Below are positions 1-10,400 of a stretch of DNA of 64,000 nt, piece after piece. Numbering within the stretch: position 1 is the first letter of the stretch; each line of letters begins with the position of its first letter. The DNA is from an uncultured Candidatus Saccharibacteria bacterium (GTDB taxonomy: Bacteria; Patescibacteriota; Saccharimonadia; Saccharimonadales; UBA4665). A program made the position numbers and the translations under genes. The notes below the pieces were generated by a model that was given only the letters and a program-made list of their open reading frames with translations, had not been told where the DNA came from and ran no database searches. The stretch lies in the NCBI GenBank assembly GCA_964357905.1, contig CAYHMQ010000003.1, positions 26,855-90,854 of the forward strand. The letters are read 5' to 3'.

Positions 1-175
1 AGCTGTCTAAAGTAGCCAGCTTGGCCGGGCATAATAGACTTGAGATAGCCTAGGCCTAGCAGTTCAGCCGGCCACGAGGAAGCCAGTATCATACCGCCTA
101 TAGCAAGATCGAAATTGCGCTTGGTGTGGGACTGGTGGTGAGGCGAATAGTCCGGGCGTAGCATACATAACCTAA

Positions 176-2263
176 CTATTTGGCGTTCTTGGCAATTATC
201 GCCTCGGCGACATGGTTTGGTACATCGGCGTAGTGATCGAGTTCCATGCTAGAGCTGGCGCGACCTTGGGTTGAGCTACGTAGGTTAGTGGTGTAGCCGA
301 ACATTTCACCCAAAGGTACGAAGGCAGTGATTTCCTTGACACCGGCACTGAGGTCTTCCATTGACTCGATGCGACCACGCTTACTGTTAAGATCACCAAT
401 GACGTCGCCCATGAACTCTTCGGGCGTAACAACTACAACCTTCATGATTGGCTCGAGCAGGACAGGACTTGCCTTCTTGACGCCTTCTTGAAGCGCCATT
501 GAGCCGGCAATCTTGAAGGCCATTTCTGAGGAGTCAACGTCGTGATAGCTACCGTCGTAGAGCTCAGCCTTGACGTCAACTACTGGGTAACCGGCGATAA
601 CACCGTTAGCCATAGCTTCTTCGATACCTTGCTGGACAGGCTTGACGTACTCGGCTGGCACAACGCCGCCCCTAATAGAGTTAATGAACTCAAAGCCTTT
701 GCCCGATTCATTCTGGCTAAGGCGCAACCAGACGTCACCGTACTGACCACGGCCACCGGATTGACGGACGAACTTACCTTGAACTTCGACAGCGTCCTTG
801 CGAATAGACTCACGGTAGGCCACCTGCGGCTGGCCAACATTGGCCTCGACATTGAATTCGCGCTTCATACGGTCAACAATAATCTCCAGGTGCAGCTCAC
901 CCATACCGGAGATAATGGTTTGGCCAGTTTCGTCGTTGACGTTGATTCGGAAGGTCGGGTCTTCTTCGGCCAAGCGCTGCATGGCAATACTCATCTTCTC
1001 TTGGTCGGCTTTGGTCTTAGGCTCGATAGCGATCGATACCGGAGGTTCTGGGAAGGTGATACTCTCGAGAACGATTGGGTTGTTCTGGTCAGCTAGTGTG
1101 TTACCAGTAGTGGTGCCTTTAAGACCGACTATGGCAGCAATGTCACCGGCGCCGACTTCGTCAACATCTTCACGCTTGTCAGCCTGCATACGAACAATAC
1201 GACCAACACGCTCTTTTGTACCTGTAGAACTGTTGAGGACATAAGAGCCAGAGGCTAGCTTGCCAGAGTAAACACGGAAGTACGCCAGTTTACCAACGAA
1301 GGGGTCAGTAGCGATCTTAAAGGCCAGGCCGCTAAACGGCTGGGCCTCTTCTGGCTTGCGCTCAACTTCGTCACCGGTCTTAGGATGCGTACCCCATGTA
1401 CTGCCGCGATCAAGCGGACTAGGCAGCAGCTCGTTAACAGCATCCAACACCTTCTCGACAATTACGCCACGCCCATCACCGCCAGTAACGGCATAGAACT
1501 TGCCGGTTAGTACGGCGCTACGAACGGCCTGGGTGATTTCTTCTGGACTTAGGCCTTCCTCACCAACTTCGAAGTACTTCTCGAGCATCTTCTCATCTTC
1601 GGCGACGGCGTTCTCAATTAGTAAGCTGCGGTAACGCTTGACCTTGTCGAGCATATCGGCTGGAATTTCGCCTTCGACCAGCTCGTGATCGGTAAATTCC
1701 TTGTAGGTATAAGCCTTCATGTGAATCAGGTCGACAACGCCGTTGATCTTCTGCTCAAAGCCGATTGGCAAGTGAATCGGGAAAGCGTGCTTACTCAGGC
1801 GAGCATGAATAGTATCTAGCGACTTGTAGAAATCGCCACCGGTCTGGTTAATCTTATTGATAAAACATATGCGAGGCACGCCGTACTTGTCGGCCTGGCG
1901 CCAAACGGTCTCGGATTGTGACTCAACGCCCATCTTGCCATCGAAGACAACCACAGCGCCATCAAGCACCCTTAATGAGCGTTCGACTTCAACTGTGAAG
2001 TCAATGTGACCGGGGGTGTCGATAATGTTGATCTGGTGCTGCTTCCAGTAGCAAGTGACGGCGGCCGACACGATGGTAATACCGCGCTCGCGCTCCTGGG
2101 CCATCCAGTCAGTGGTTGTTTCGCCTTCGTGCACAGCACCAATCTTATGCTTCAGTCCAGTGCGATAAAGTATGCCTTCGGTAGTAGTGGTCTTACCGGC
2201 GTCAATGTGAGCAATAATGCCGATGTTACGAATTTTGTCCATTAGTGTTTTCTTATTTGCCAT
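176..2263 (-). CDS. fusA: translation elongation factor G
   Basis: 695-aa ORF with the GTPase motifs AHIDAGKTT and DTPGHIDF. Full EF-G length. It lies downstream of rpsL-rpsG. ATG 2263 is preceded by AAGGGAA. Confidence 0.97.
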   Translation of the reverse strand: MANKKTLMDKIRNIGIIAHIDAGKTTTTEGILYRTGLKHKIGAVHEGETTTDWMAQERERGITIVSAAVTCYWKQHQINIIDTPGHIDFTVEVERSLRVLDGAVVVFDGKMGVESQSETVWRQADKYGVPRICFINKINQTGGDFYKSLDTIHARLSKHAFPIHLPIGFEQKINGVVDLIHMKAYTYKEFTDHELVEGEIPADMLDKVKRYRSLLIENAVAEDEKMLEKYFEVGEEGLSPEEITQAVRSAVLTGKFYAVTGGDGRGVIVEKVLDAVNELLPSPLDRGSTWGTHPKTGDEVERKPEEAQPFSGLAFKIATDPFVGKLAYFRVYSGKLASGSYVLNSSTGTKERVGRIVRMQADKREDVDEVGAGDIAAIVGLKGTTTGNTLADQNNPIVLESITFPEPPVSIAIEPKTKADQEKMSIAMQRLAEEDPTFRINVNDETGQTIISGMGELHLEIIVDRMKREFNVEANVGQPQVAYRESIRKDAVEVQGKFVRQSGGRGQYGDVWLRLSQNESGKGFEFINSIRGGVVPAEYVKPVQQGIEEAMANGVIAGYPVVDVKAELYDGSYHDVDSSEMAFKIAGSMALQEGVKKASPVLLEPIMKVVVVTPEEFMGDVIGDLNSKRGRIESMEDLSAGVKEITAFVPLGEMFGYTTNLRSSTQGRASSSMELDHYADVPNHVAEAIIAKNAK

Positions 2264-2281
2264 TCTATTCCCTTTTATTCC

Positions 2282-2560
2282 TTATTTAATGCCCGAACCA
2301 TCTTCAACCAAATCATCAACAAATTCTCTTAAACCCTTATTGCGGCATACGATACCATCCCCCATAGCTTGGGGCAGCTCGCTAGCTCGCCTTATGGCAG
2401 TATGGCCTGCCCACGACAGCTCGACATCTGTCTGCGTACCTGCCGGATTATCAACTCCACCAGGCCCCTCGCATTGTATTGAACATAAGCCACGTAAACG
2501 TCTGTCGTTGGCCGCTTCGCACCTTTCTTCACACAAAACTGGCAATTCTAGGCGAGCCAT
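2282..2560 (-). CDS. hypothetical 92-aa protein encoded between rpsG and fusA (twin CX3C N-terminus, acidic C-terminus)
   Basis: Its ATG follows the rpsG stop directly (TAAATG). Its TAA stop lies 18 nt before the fusA ATG, with the fusA SD in between. It fills an otherwise unexplained 297-nt rpsG-fusA gap. Cys residues at positions 10, 14, 26 and 30. No family recognised. Confidence 0.5.
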   Translation of the reverse strand: MARLELPVLCEERCEAANDRRLRGLCSIQCEGPGGVDNPAGTQTDVELSWAGHTAIRRASELPQAMGDGIVCRNKGLREFVDDLVEDGSGIK

Positions 2561-3040
2561 TTAAGTCCTGGCGAAGTGGGCGAAGGCGCGGTTAGCGTCT
2601 GCCATCTTATGTACATCTTCGCGCTTCTTAACAGCGGCGCCTTGGCCGTTGTAAGCGTCAACTAGCTCAAGCGCGATACGGTCTTGCATGCTCATGCCTT
2701 TGCGAGCACGGCAAGCCGCCACAAACCACATTGTAGTCAGGTGGTTCTGGCGTTGGCCACGAACTTCGAAGGGAATCTGGTAGTTGGCACCACCGACACG
2801 ACGAGAGCGAGTCTCCATGTGAGGCTGAATGTTCTTGAAGGCTTGTTCGAAGACTTCTAATGGGTTGTCGACTTTGAGCTTAGCCGCAGCCTTCTCCATA
2901 CCACCATAGACAAGACGTTCGGCAATCTGCTTCTTACCATTAAGCATGACGCGATTGATTAGGCGCTGCAAAGGCACGCTGCCATAAACGCGGTCAGCTG
3001 GAATATCACGAACTAGTGAGGCGGTCTTCTTGCGAGGCAT
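2561..3040 (-). CDS. rpsG: 30S ribosomal protein S7
   Basis: 159-aa ORF with typical S7 sequence (PRKK..., VRGQRQ..., AFAHFR). TAATG overlap with the rpsL stop. Confidence 0.97.
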   Translation of the reverse strand: MPRKKTASLVRDIPADRVYGSVPLQRLINRVMLNGKKQIAERLVYGGMEKAAAKLKVDNPLEVFEQAFKNIQPHMETRSRRVGGANYQIPFEVRGQRQNHLTTMWFVAACRARKGMSMQDRIALELVDAYNGQGAAVKKREDVHKMADANRAFAHFART

Positions 3041-3453
3041 TACTTGCCTCCCTTCTTGGTGCCGTACTTGCTGCGGCCTTGCTTACGATCTGTAACACCT
3101 TGAAGGTCGAGTGAACCACGTACGATGTGGTAACGCACACCCGGAAGGTCCTTAACGCGGCCGCCGCGTACTAAAACGACAGCGTGCTCTTGAAGGTTGT
3201 GACCTTCGCCACCGATGTAGGCCCAAACTTCGTAGCCATTGCTAAGGCGCACACGGGCAACCTTACGCAGGGCTGAGTTAGGCTTCTTAGGTGTCTTAGT
3301 GGTTACTTTGACACAAACACCACGCTTGAAAGGCGCAGGCTTCTCGTAGTTACGAGTTTTAAGATTATTAGTCACGCGCTGCATAGCTGGTGACTTGCTC
3401 TTAGTCGTTACCTTGGTACGCGGCTTACGCACTAACTGATTGATTGTTGGCAT
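3040..3453 (-). CDS. rpsL: 30S ribosomal protein S12
   Basis: 137-aa ORF starting [12 protein letters not shown], with the KKPNSALRK motif. SD AAGGGAG lies upstream. Confidence 0.98.
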   Translation of the reverse strand: MPTINQLVRKPRTKVTTKSKSPAMQRVTNNLKTRNYEKPAPFKRGVCVKVTTKTPKKPNSALRKVARVRLSNGYEVWAYIGGEGHNLQEHAVVLVRGGRVKDLPGVRYHIVRGSLDLQGVTDRKQGRSKYGTKKGGK

Positions 3454-3541
3454 TTATTCTCCCTTATCGGACTGCGATCTGCTGCTGTTAACGGCATGCC
3501 TACTGTCAAGCTCGGATCACTTAAGTTATGCAATGGTTGCT

Positions 3542-3550
3542 ATTGTAACA
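3542..3550 (-). promoter_or_regulatory. candidate extended -10 promoter (TGTTACAAT) for the rpsL-rpsG-fusA operon
   Basis: The minus strand reads TGTTACAAT about 10 nt after the rpoC stop and about 90 nt upstream of the rpsL ATG. There is no clear -35. Confidence 0.35.
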
Positions 3551-3559
3551 GGTTTGGAT

Positions 3560-6500
3560 CTAGACTTCAACTGCTGCTGGCTCTGGCGTACCAATGATTT
3601 GCTCGGCTTCTGCGGCCAGCTCGTCCTGTTCTTCCTCTTCGTCAGTCTTGACACCGGTACCGACAGGTATCTTGCGGCCTAGGATGACGTTCTCCTTAAG
3701 ACCGTACAGCTTGTCGACTTTACCACTGGTAGCGGCAGCTATCAGGACACGGGTAGTGTCTTGGAAGGACGCCGCGCTCAGGAAGGAGTCAGTGCTAAGA
3801 CTAGCCTTGGTAATACCAAGTAGCAATTGGTTGTACTTAGCCGGGCTCTTGCCGGCGGCAACTAGTGCCTCATTGGCTTCGACCACGGCTAGCTTACTGA
3901 CGATATCACCAGTTACGAAGTCACTGTCGACAGCTTCTTCAATCTGGACTCGGCTAAAGATCTGACGCACGATGATCTCGAGATGCTTGTCAGCAATATT
4001 CTGGCCTTGGGCAGCGAAAATCTTGAGAATCTCGCTCATGATGTAGCGCTGAGTGGATTCAACACCCTGCAAGCGAATTAGGTCTTGAAGATTGATTGAA
4101 CCGTTGGTCAAACGCTGACCGGAAACAACCTTGTCGCCATCCTTAATCTGTAATTGCTTGAAGCCTGGGATTTCGTAACGCACAACGCTCTGCTTGGTAG
4201 GCGTGATGACAACTTCCTTGTTGGTAACGTGAGCTTTGCCGGCCATTGGCGCGATCAGCGGCTCAGAAGCGTCTTCTAGAGCTGCCACAACATCACCAGC
4301 TACGACCTCGGTGCCATTAGCAACTTGGGCTTTGCGCTCACCAAGCTTGAGAGTAACTTTCTCTTTGTCGTCGGCAGTAACTTGAACGATGTAGTGATCG
4401 CCTTCTTCCCAAGTGTTAGCCACGCCAGAAATCTCAGTAACGTAGGCCTGCCCCTTAGGTGAACGAACTTCGAAGAGCTCTTCAATACGGCTCAGACCCT
4501 GCGCCGTGTCATCTGCAATGGCACCACCAGAACGGTGCTTGGAGTCAAGGCTCAGCTGCGTACCAGGTTCACCAATACTCTGTGCGGCAATGACGCCGAT
4601 TGGGTGATTGTTAGCAACGAGTTCGCCGGTAGCTGGGTCAACGCCGTAAGATTTCTGCGAAACGCCACGAACGTTAGTGCAGCTTAGGCCGCTCATGATC
4701 TTGATGCCATCAATCGATTCATCGTTGCCAATCTTCTCAGCAGCTTCCTCAGTAATGAGTTCGCCCTTCTTGGTCAGACCCTTACGAGTCTCAGCTGCAA
4801 AACGGCCGGTCAGACGCGAAGCGTAGCTCACGCCGATGTAGGCCGCATCTTCACGTAGCATTGCGAAGCCAGGATCACTAGTATCATCTTCTATCGTGAA
4901 GACGTCTTGTGAGACGTCCACCAAACGACGAGTCAAGTAACCAGCATCAGCTGTCTTAAGCGCAATGTCGATCAACGCCTTACGGGTACCACGGGTACCG
5001 GTGAAATACTCTAGTGGGTTCAAGCCGTTGATGTAACCAGACTTAATCGGCAGCTCAATGACGTTACCACCGGCGTCCTGCAAGACACCCAGCATACCAA
5101 CGGCATTGTTAAGCTGCGAAATGTTACCACGAGCACCAGAGTTAATAGCGATCGCCATCGAAGAATCCTGACCGACCATCTGTTCGGTCAGCATGTCTTG
5201 CACCTTACCCTCAACCTTGGTCCAGTTATCGACGGTCAATCGGTGACGCTCATCGTCGGTAATGAAACCTTCGTCGTATTGGTCAGAAATAGCCGCCGCA
5301 CGGACTTCACCCGCGTCAAGCTGTTTGTCCATGCCCTCAATTGGTGCGAAGTCGCCCATACCCATGCTTAAGCCTGATAGGGTAGCGTAATAGAAGCCTA
5401 TGTCCTTGAGGTCATCAGCAATTTCGGCGGTCTTCTCTTGACCGTAACGAGCGTAGACTTTGGCCATCACAGCCTGCAGTCGTTTCTTAGTCATAGTCTC
5501 ATCCTGAAGCGGAAAGTCCTCGGGGAAGATTTCGTTAAACAACAGACGCCCGAGGGTAGTGACACGAATTTCACCACGGAAAGGCAGACGGACTTGACTC
5601 TGGAGCGTAATACCACCGTTGTCAAGAGCCATCAGTGCCTCTTCTATGCTAGAGAAGTTGACTGCGTCCTTATTGGCGTTCTGTGGTCTTTCGTAAGTCA
5701 GGTAGTAACAACCAAGCACGATGTCCTGCTCGATGTGCAGAATCGGCGACCCATCAGCTGGCTTAAGTAGGTTGCGGTTGGCGGCCATAATCTCACGTGC
5801 CTCAGTCTGTGCCTTGTCGCTCAGCGGCAAGTGAACAGCCATCTGGTCACCATCGAAGTCGGCGTTAAAGCCTTTACAAACTAGCGGATGCAACTGGATA
5901 GCGCGACCCTCGATTAGAACCGGCTGGAAGGCCTGAATACTAAGACGGTGTAGCGATGGCGCACGGTTAAGTAGTACGTATTTGCCCTTAATGACTTCGT
6001 CAAGAGCATCCCAAACAGCAGTTTCGCCCATTTCGATCAGTCGGCTGGCGCTCCTAATGTTGTGAGCCTGTTCGCGGGCAATCAGTTCACCAATTACGAA
6101 TGGCTTGAATAGTTCTAGAGCCATCATCTTCGGCAAACCACACTGGTTGATCTTGAGCTCCGGACCAGCCACGATAACTGAACGACCGGAGTAGTCAACA
6201 CGCTTACCAAGCAGGTTCTGACGGAAACGACCCTGCTTGCCCTTAAGCATGTCGCTCAGACTCTTCAGGCGGCGGCGTTGGCCTGTAGCAGCTACAGCGC
6301 GGCCAGAACGGGTACTGTTGTTGTCGATCAAAGCGTCTACAGCTTCTTGAAGCATACGCTGTTCGTTGCGACAGATGACTTCTGGCGCATTGAGACCCAT
6401 TAACTTCTTAAGACGGTTATTGCGGTTGATGACACGACGGTAAAGGTCGTTAAGGTCGCTAGTTGCAAATCGGCCACCGGTGAGTTGAACCATCGGACGA

Positions 6501-7423
6501 AGGTCCGGTGGGATAACCGGCAGAACGCTCAAGCACATGCTCGAAGGCTTAATGCCGGCGCGGTCCATGCTCTCCAGCAAACGCAGTCGCTTCATCAGCT
6601 TCTTCTTGCGCTGACCCTTGGCGTCTTCGGCTTCTTTGCCTAGTTCTTCGATCAGGTCCTTAAGATTAATAGCTACTAGCAAGTCCTTGAGGGCTGCGCC
6701 ACCCATACCAACGGTAACTAGTGAACGTAGGTCACTTGGCAGATTGCGGTAGTCAGTCTCGTTGATGAGGCTGAGCTTCTGCAGGCCAGTGATTTGATCC
6801 TTGTAGGCTTCGAACTCGGCAGTGACTTGCTCGGTTTCTTTGGTCTGCATTTCGGCTAGAGCCTTGACGTTGGCGTCTTCTGCCTCGGCTTCTTTTTCGT
6901 AACGCAGCTTGATGGCTTCCTTGGCGGCGGCGAATTCAGCTTCTTTGTCAGCCAATAGTTGATCGCGCTTGTCAGCGTCAACAGTCTTAATGACGTAGCT
7001 GGCGAAGTAAGCCACACGCTCTAGGTTCTTGACAGTCATGCCAAGTAGTAGGCCCATGGCGCTTGGTGTGCCGCGGAGGAACCAAATGTGCGAAACGGGT
7101 ACAGCTAGAGCAATGTGGGCCATGCGTTCACGCCTGACAATGCTGCGGGTAACGAGCTCGCCCTTCTTGTCGACGGCGGCTTCACGGCTGCGAACACCTT
7201 TGTATTTGGCGTCGTGGGGGTTGATGTCTTTGACCGGGCCGAAGATACGCTCACAGAATAATCCGTCGCGCTCTGGCTTCTGGGTTCGGTAGTTAATGGT
7301 CTCGGGCTTGGTGACTTCACCATAGCTCCAGTCCATGATGTCGTCGGGGCTGGCGACAGCCAACCTCACAGCATCAAAGTCAGAAATATCAGTACCGGTA
7401 TTGGAATAGCGTTGCGGTGTCAT
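3560..7423 (-). CDS. rpoC: DNA-directed RNA polymerase subunit beta-prime
   Basis: Contains the NADFDGDQM catalytic motif. I chose the ATG at 7423 (MTPQRYSN...) because it lies 1 nt after the rpoB stop (TAATATG) and is preceded by AGGAGGGGAGG. The tracked ORF start at 7549 would overlap rpoB by 125 nt. Confidence 0.96.
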   Translation of the reverse strand: MTPQRYSNTGTDISDFDAVRLAVASPDDIMDWSYGEVTKPETINYRTQKPERDGLFCERIFGPVKDINPHDAKYKGVRSREAAVDKKGELVTRSIVRRERMAHIALAVPVSHIWFLRGTPSAMGLLLGMTVKNLERVAYFASYVIKTVDADKRDQLLADKEAEFAAAKEAIKLRYEKEAEAEDANVKALAEMQTKETEQVTAEFEAYKDQITGLQKLSLINETDYRNLPSDLRSLVTVGMGGAALKDLLVAINLKDLIEELGKEAEDAKGQRKKKLMKRLRLLESMDRAGIKPSSMCLSVLPVIPPDLRPMVQLTGGRFATSDLNDLYRRVINRNNRLKKLMGLNAPEVICRNEQRMLQEAVDALIDNNSTRSGRAVAATGQRRRLKSLSDMLKGKQGRFRQNLLGKRVDYSGRSVIVAGPELKINQCGLPKMMALELFKPFVIGELIAREQAHNIRSASRLIEMGETAVWDALDEVIKGKYVLLNRAPSLHRLSIQAFQPVLIEGRAIQLHPLVCKGFNADFDGDQMAVHLPLSDKAQTEAREIMAANRNLLKPADGSPILHIEQDIVLGCYYLTYERPQNANKDAVNFSSIEEALMALDNGGITLQSQVRLPFRGEIRVTTLGRLLFNEIFPEDFPLQDETMTKKRLQAVMAKVYARYGQEKTAEIADDLKDIGFYYATLSGLSMGMGDFAPIEGMDKQLDAGEVRAAAISDQYDEGFITDDERHRLTVDNWTKVEGKVQDMLTEQMVGQDSSMAIAINSGARGNISQLNNAVGMLGVLQDAGGNVIELPIKSGYINGLNPLEYFTGTRGTRKALIDIALKTADAGYLTRRLVDVSQDVFTIEDDTSDPGFAMLREDAAYIGVSYASRLTGRFAAETRKGLTKKGELITEEAAEKIGNDESIDGIKIMSGLSCTNVRGVSQKSYGVDPATGELVANNHPIGVIAAQSIGEPGTQLSLDSKHRSGGAIADDTAQGLSRIEELFEVRSPKGQAYVTEISGVANTWEEGDHYIVQVTADDKEKVTLKLGERKAQVANGTEVVAGDVVAALEDASEPLIAPMAGKAHVTNKEVVITPTKQSVVRYEIPGFKQLQIKDGDKVVSGQRLTNGSINLQDLIRLQGVESTQRYIMSEILKIFAAQGQNIADKHLEIIVRQIFSRVQIEEAVDSDFVTGDIVSKLAVVEANEALVAAGKSPAKYNQLLLGITKASLSTDSFLSAASFQDTTRVLIAAATSGKVDKLYGLKENVILGRKIPVGTGVKTDEEEEQDELAAEAEQIIGTPEPAAVEV

Positions 7424-7424
7424 A

Positions 7425-10400
7425 TTAGACCTCCCCTCCTTCGTCAGTGTCTGCAACGGCATCATCTCCATCTGATCTGTTCGATCCATCACTGGATACG
7501 AGGGCGAGATCATCAGCGTTGGCTTGGGCGTCAGCACTGCCGCTATCATCTACGGTCACAATGCTAAAATCTTCATCACCGCTAGACTCTTCGGTCACAT
7601 CAATGTCCGAGATAGCTGCTTGTGGCACTTCGACTTCGGCTGGATGTGCGGCTTCGTCTTGAATATTGCTAGCCAAGACGGCTTCGGCATCAACGACGGT
7701 GTCAGAGTGAACTAGATCGACTTTAAGGCCAAGACCTTGAAGCTCCTTAACCAGTACGTTGAAGCTTTCCGGTACTTTTGGCCCGACAATCTGAGTCTTC
7801 TTGATGATCGACTCGTAAGCCTTGCTTCGTCCGTAGACGTCGTCAGACTTGATGGTTAGCATTTCCTGCAAGGTGTTGGCAGCGCCGTAAGCTTCGAGAG
7901 CCCAGACTTCCATTTCGCCGAAGCGTTGTCCACCGTTCTGGGCTTTACCGCCCAGTGGCTGCTGGGTAACCATAGTGTATGGACCAGTTGAGCGGGCATG
8001 AATCTTGTCCGCAACCATGTGGTTCAGCTTAATCATGTACATTGAGCCGACTGTGGTGCGCTCGCTAAAAGGCTGGCCAGTGCGGCCATCAAATAGCTGT
8101 TGCTTACCGTCTTCGGGCAGGCCTGCTTCCTTAAGCAAGGAGTGGATCTTATCGACTGGTGCACCGTTAAAGGATGGGCTGGCAACCTTGATACCAAGAG
8201 CACGAGCCGCCATACCAAGGTGAGTTTCGAACAATTGTCCAACGTTCATACGAGATGGTACGCCGAGGGGGTTAAGTACGATTTCGACGGGTGTGCCGTC
8301 TTCCATAAAAGGCATGTCCTCAACTGGCAGGATCCGAGCAATAACGCCCTTGTTACCGTGACGACCACCAAGCTTGTCACCAACAGCTATCTTGCGCATC
8401 TGAGCCACGAAGACTTGGATTTGCATGATGACACCAGCTTTTAGCTCGTGACCGTTCTCGCGGCTGAAGACTTTGACACCGACGACTTTGCCGTGCTTGC
8501 CGTTGCTCATGCGCTGCGAGGTATCGCGGACTTCCTTGGCTTTTTCGCCAAAGATGGCGCGCAGCAGGCGTTCTTCTGAGCTAAGTTCTTGCTCACCCTT
8601 AGGTGTAATCTTACCGACTAGAATGTCGCCGGGGTGGACTTCGGCACCGATGCGAACGATACCGTCCTCATCAAGGTGGCGCAGAGTCTCCTCAGAAACG
8701 TTAGGAATGTCGGAAGTTACAATTTCAGGCCCAAGCTTGGTCTCGCGAACTTCAATCATGAAATCAACGATGTGAACCGATGTCAGCGTGTCGTCTTCGA
8801 CTAATTTGCGACTGATGATGATAGCGTCTTCGAAGTTGTAACCGCCCCAAGGCATGAAAGCCACGACCAGGTCTTTGCCAAGTGCTAACTCGCCGTCAGC
8901 AATTGACATGCCCTCTATCAGGACATCGCCCTTCTTGACCTTATCACCAGTGTTAACAACAACTTTTTGGTTGACAGAGGTGCCTTCGTTGCTGCGGATG
9001 AAACGCTGTGGCTCGTACTTGATGTTGCCTTCCTTGTACTTAACGACAACTTCTTGGGCGGTAGCCTTGGTGACTTCACCAGCGGCTTCGGCTAGGATGA
9101 CCTGACCAGTGTTACGAGCGGCTTCTAGTTCCAGACCAGTACCAACGATCGGGCTGGCTGGTTGGATCAAGGGAACGGCTTGACGCTGCTGGTTGCTGCC
9201 CATTAGTGAGCGATAAACATAGTTCTTCTCAATGAAAGGGATCAAGCCGGCGCTGCTGCCGATGATCTGATCGCGCGAAGCGTCCAAGTGAGTAACGTCG
9301 TTGGCGTCGACTTCACCAGGCTGCAGACGTGAACGAGCACTGACACGCTCATGCAAGAAATAGTCGTTAGCATCAAGCTCACTACCACCACCGGCGATAA
9401 CGGCCGACTCTTCTTCGTAGGCGTCAAGGTAAATGATGTCATTAGTGGCCTTGGCCTTGACTGGCCAAGTGACCTTAGAGGTAACCTTGGCTAGCTTCTT
9501 AGCATCAGCTGCGCTAATCTTGGCACCAGCTTTGACAAGAACTTTGCCCTTGTCGTCTGTCAAATCTTGAGCGGCAAGGTGGCCGACAATATCTTTAGGC
9601 GTGGCGGCGTTGATAACCTTGCGGTAAGGTGTCTCGATGAAGCCGTAATCGTTGACACGAGCATAGTTAGCTAGGTTAAGAACTAGGCCAATGTTGGCGC
9701 CTTCGGGGGTCTCAACGGCACAAATACGACCATAGTGAGTAGCGTGGGCGTCACGGACTTCGAAGCCGGCGCGTTCGCGGCTTAGTCCACCGGGGCCCAT
9801 TGAGCTTAAGCGTCGCTTGTGAGCTAGTTCGCTGAGAGGGTTAATCTGATCCATAAACTGGCTTAGTTGGGAGCTAGCGAAGAATTCGCGAACAGCCGCC
9901 ACAATTGGACGGGCGTTGATGAGCTGGCCAGGAGTAACAGTCTCGATCTCGGACATGCTCATGCGATCCTTGGTGTTGCGCTCCATGCGCAGCAGACCGA
10001 TACGGAACTGGCGCTGAACTAGTTCGCCGACCAATTTGACACGTCGGTTAGCCAAGCTGTCGATATCGTCAGCCGGATCCTGAGTGTTATTAAGCCGCAT
10101 CAACTCGGCGATAATAGCTTCGATATCCTCTAGGCGCAAAACGCGGTTCTCTAGCGTGTTAGGAATATCCAGGTCGAGGCGCTTATTGATCTTGTAGCGG
10201 CCGACGCGGCTGAAGTCAAAGCGCTTGTAGTTGTAGAACATGTTCTCGATTAGCGACTTGGCATTATCGACAGTAGCTAGATCACCTGGGCGCAGACGAC
10301 GATAGACTTCGATAAGGGCGTCGTTCTGGCCCTTAGTTGGGTCCTTTTCTAGCGTTGCTTCTAGGTAGCTGCGTTCGCCGGTGTCAACGTGCTTGAAGGT

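Noticed and set aside
1-92. Possible 5-prime end of a minus-strand ORF downstream of fusA (ATG at 92, hydrophobic, open to the window edge).
   Set aside because: Only about 30 codons are visible. It is not tuf or rpsJ-like and there is no SD. The evidence is insufficient.
542-1244. Antisense ORFs of 60-184 aa inside fusA. The same class occurs inside rpoC, rpoB, clpC, pilB, dnaE, PBP and other genes, for example 8100-8444, 39140-39538, 48105-48557 and 53691-54068.
   Set aside because: They lie wholly within well-supported conserved genes on the opposite strand. Their translations are low-complexity and rich in Ser, Arg, Leu and Ala, and they have no start signals. These are typical shadow ORFs.
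2217-2564. Plus-strand 115-aa ORF spanning the rpsG-fusA gap.
   Set aside because: It runs antisense to the operon and overlaps the fusA start. The minus-strand ORF is precisely bounded by the rpsG stop and the fusA SD, so it is the better explanation.
7424-7549. Longer N-terminal extensions of tracked ORFs: rpoC to 7549, moaD to 17700, MFS to 18919, hydrolase to 26806, rplS to 47554, gatC to 59959, galU to 55716, and rpoB to 11030.
   Set aside because: The extensions overlap upstream genes or the tRNA, or they start at TTG or GTG. The conserved N-termini begin at internal ATGs that carry an SD or a leaderless promoter signal.
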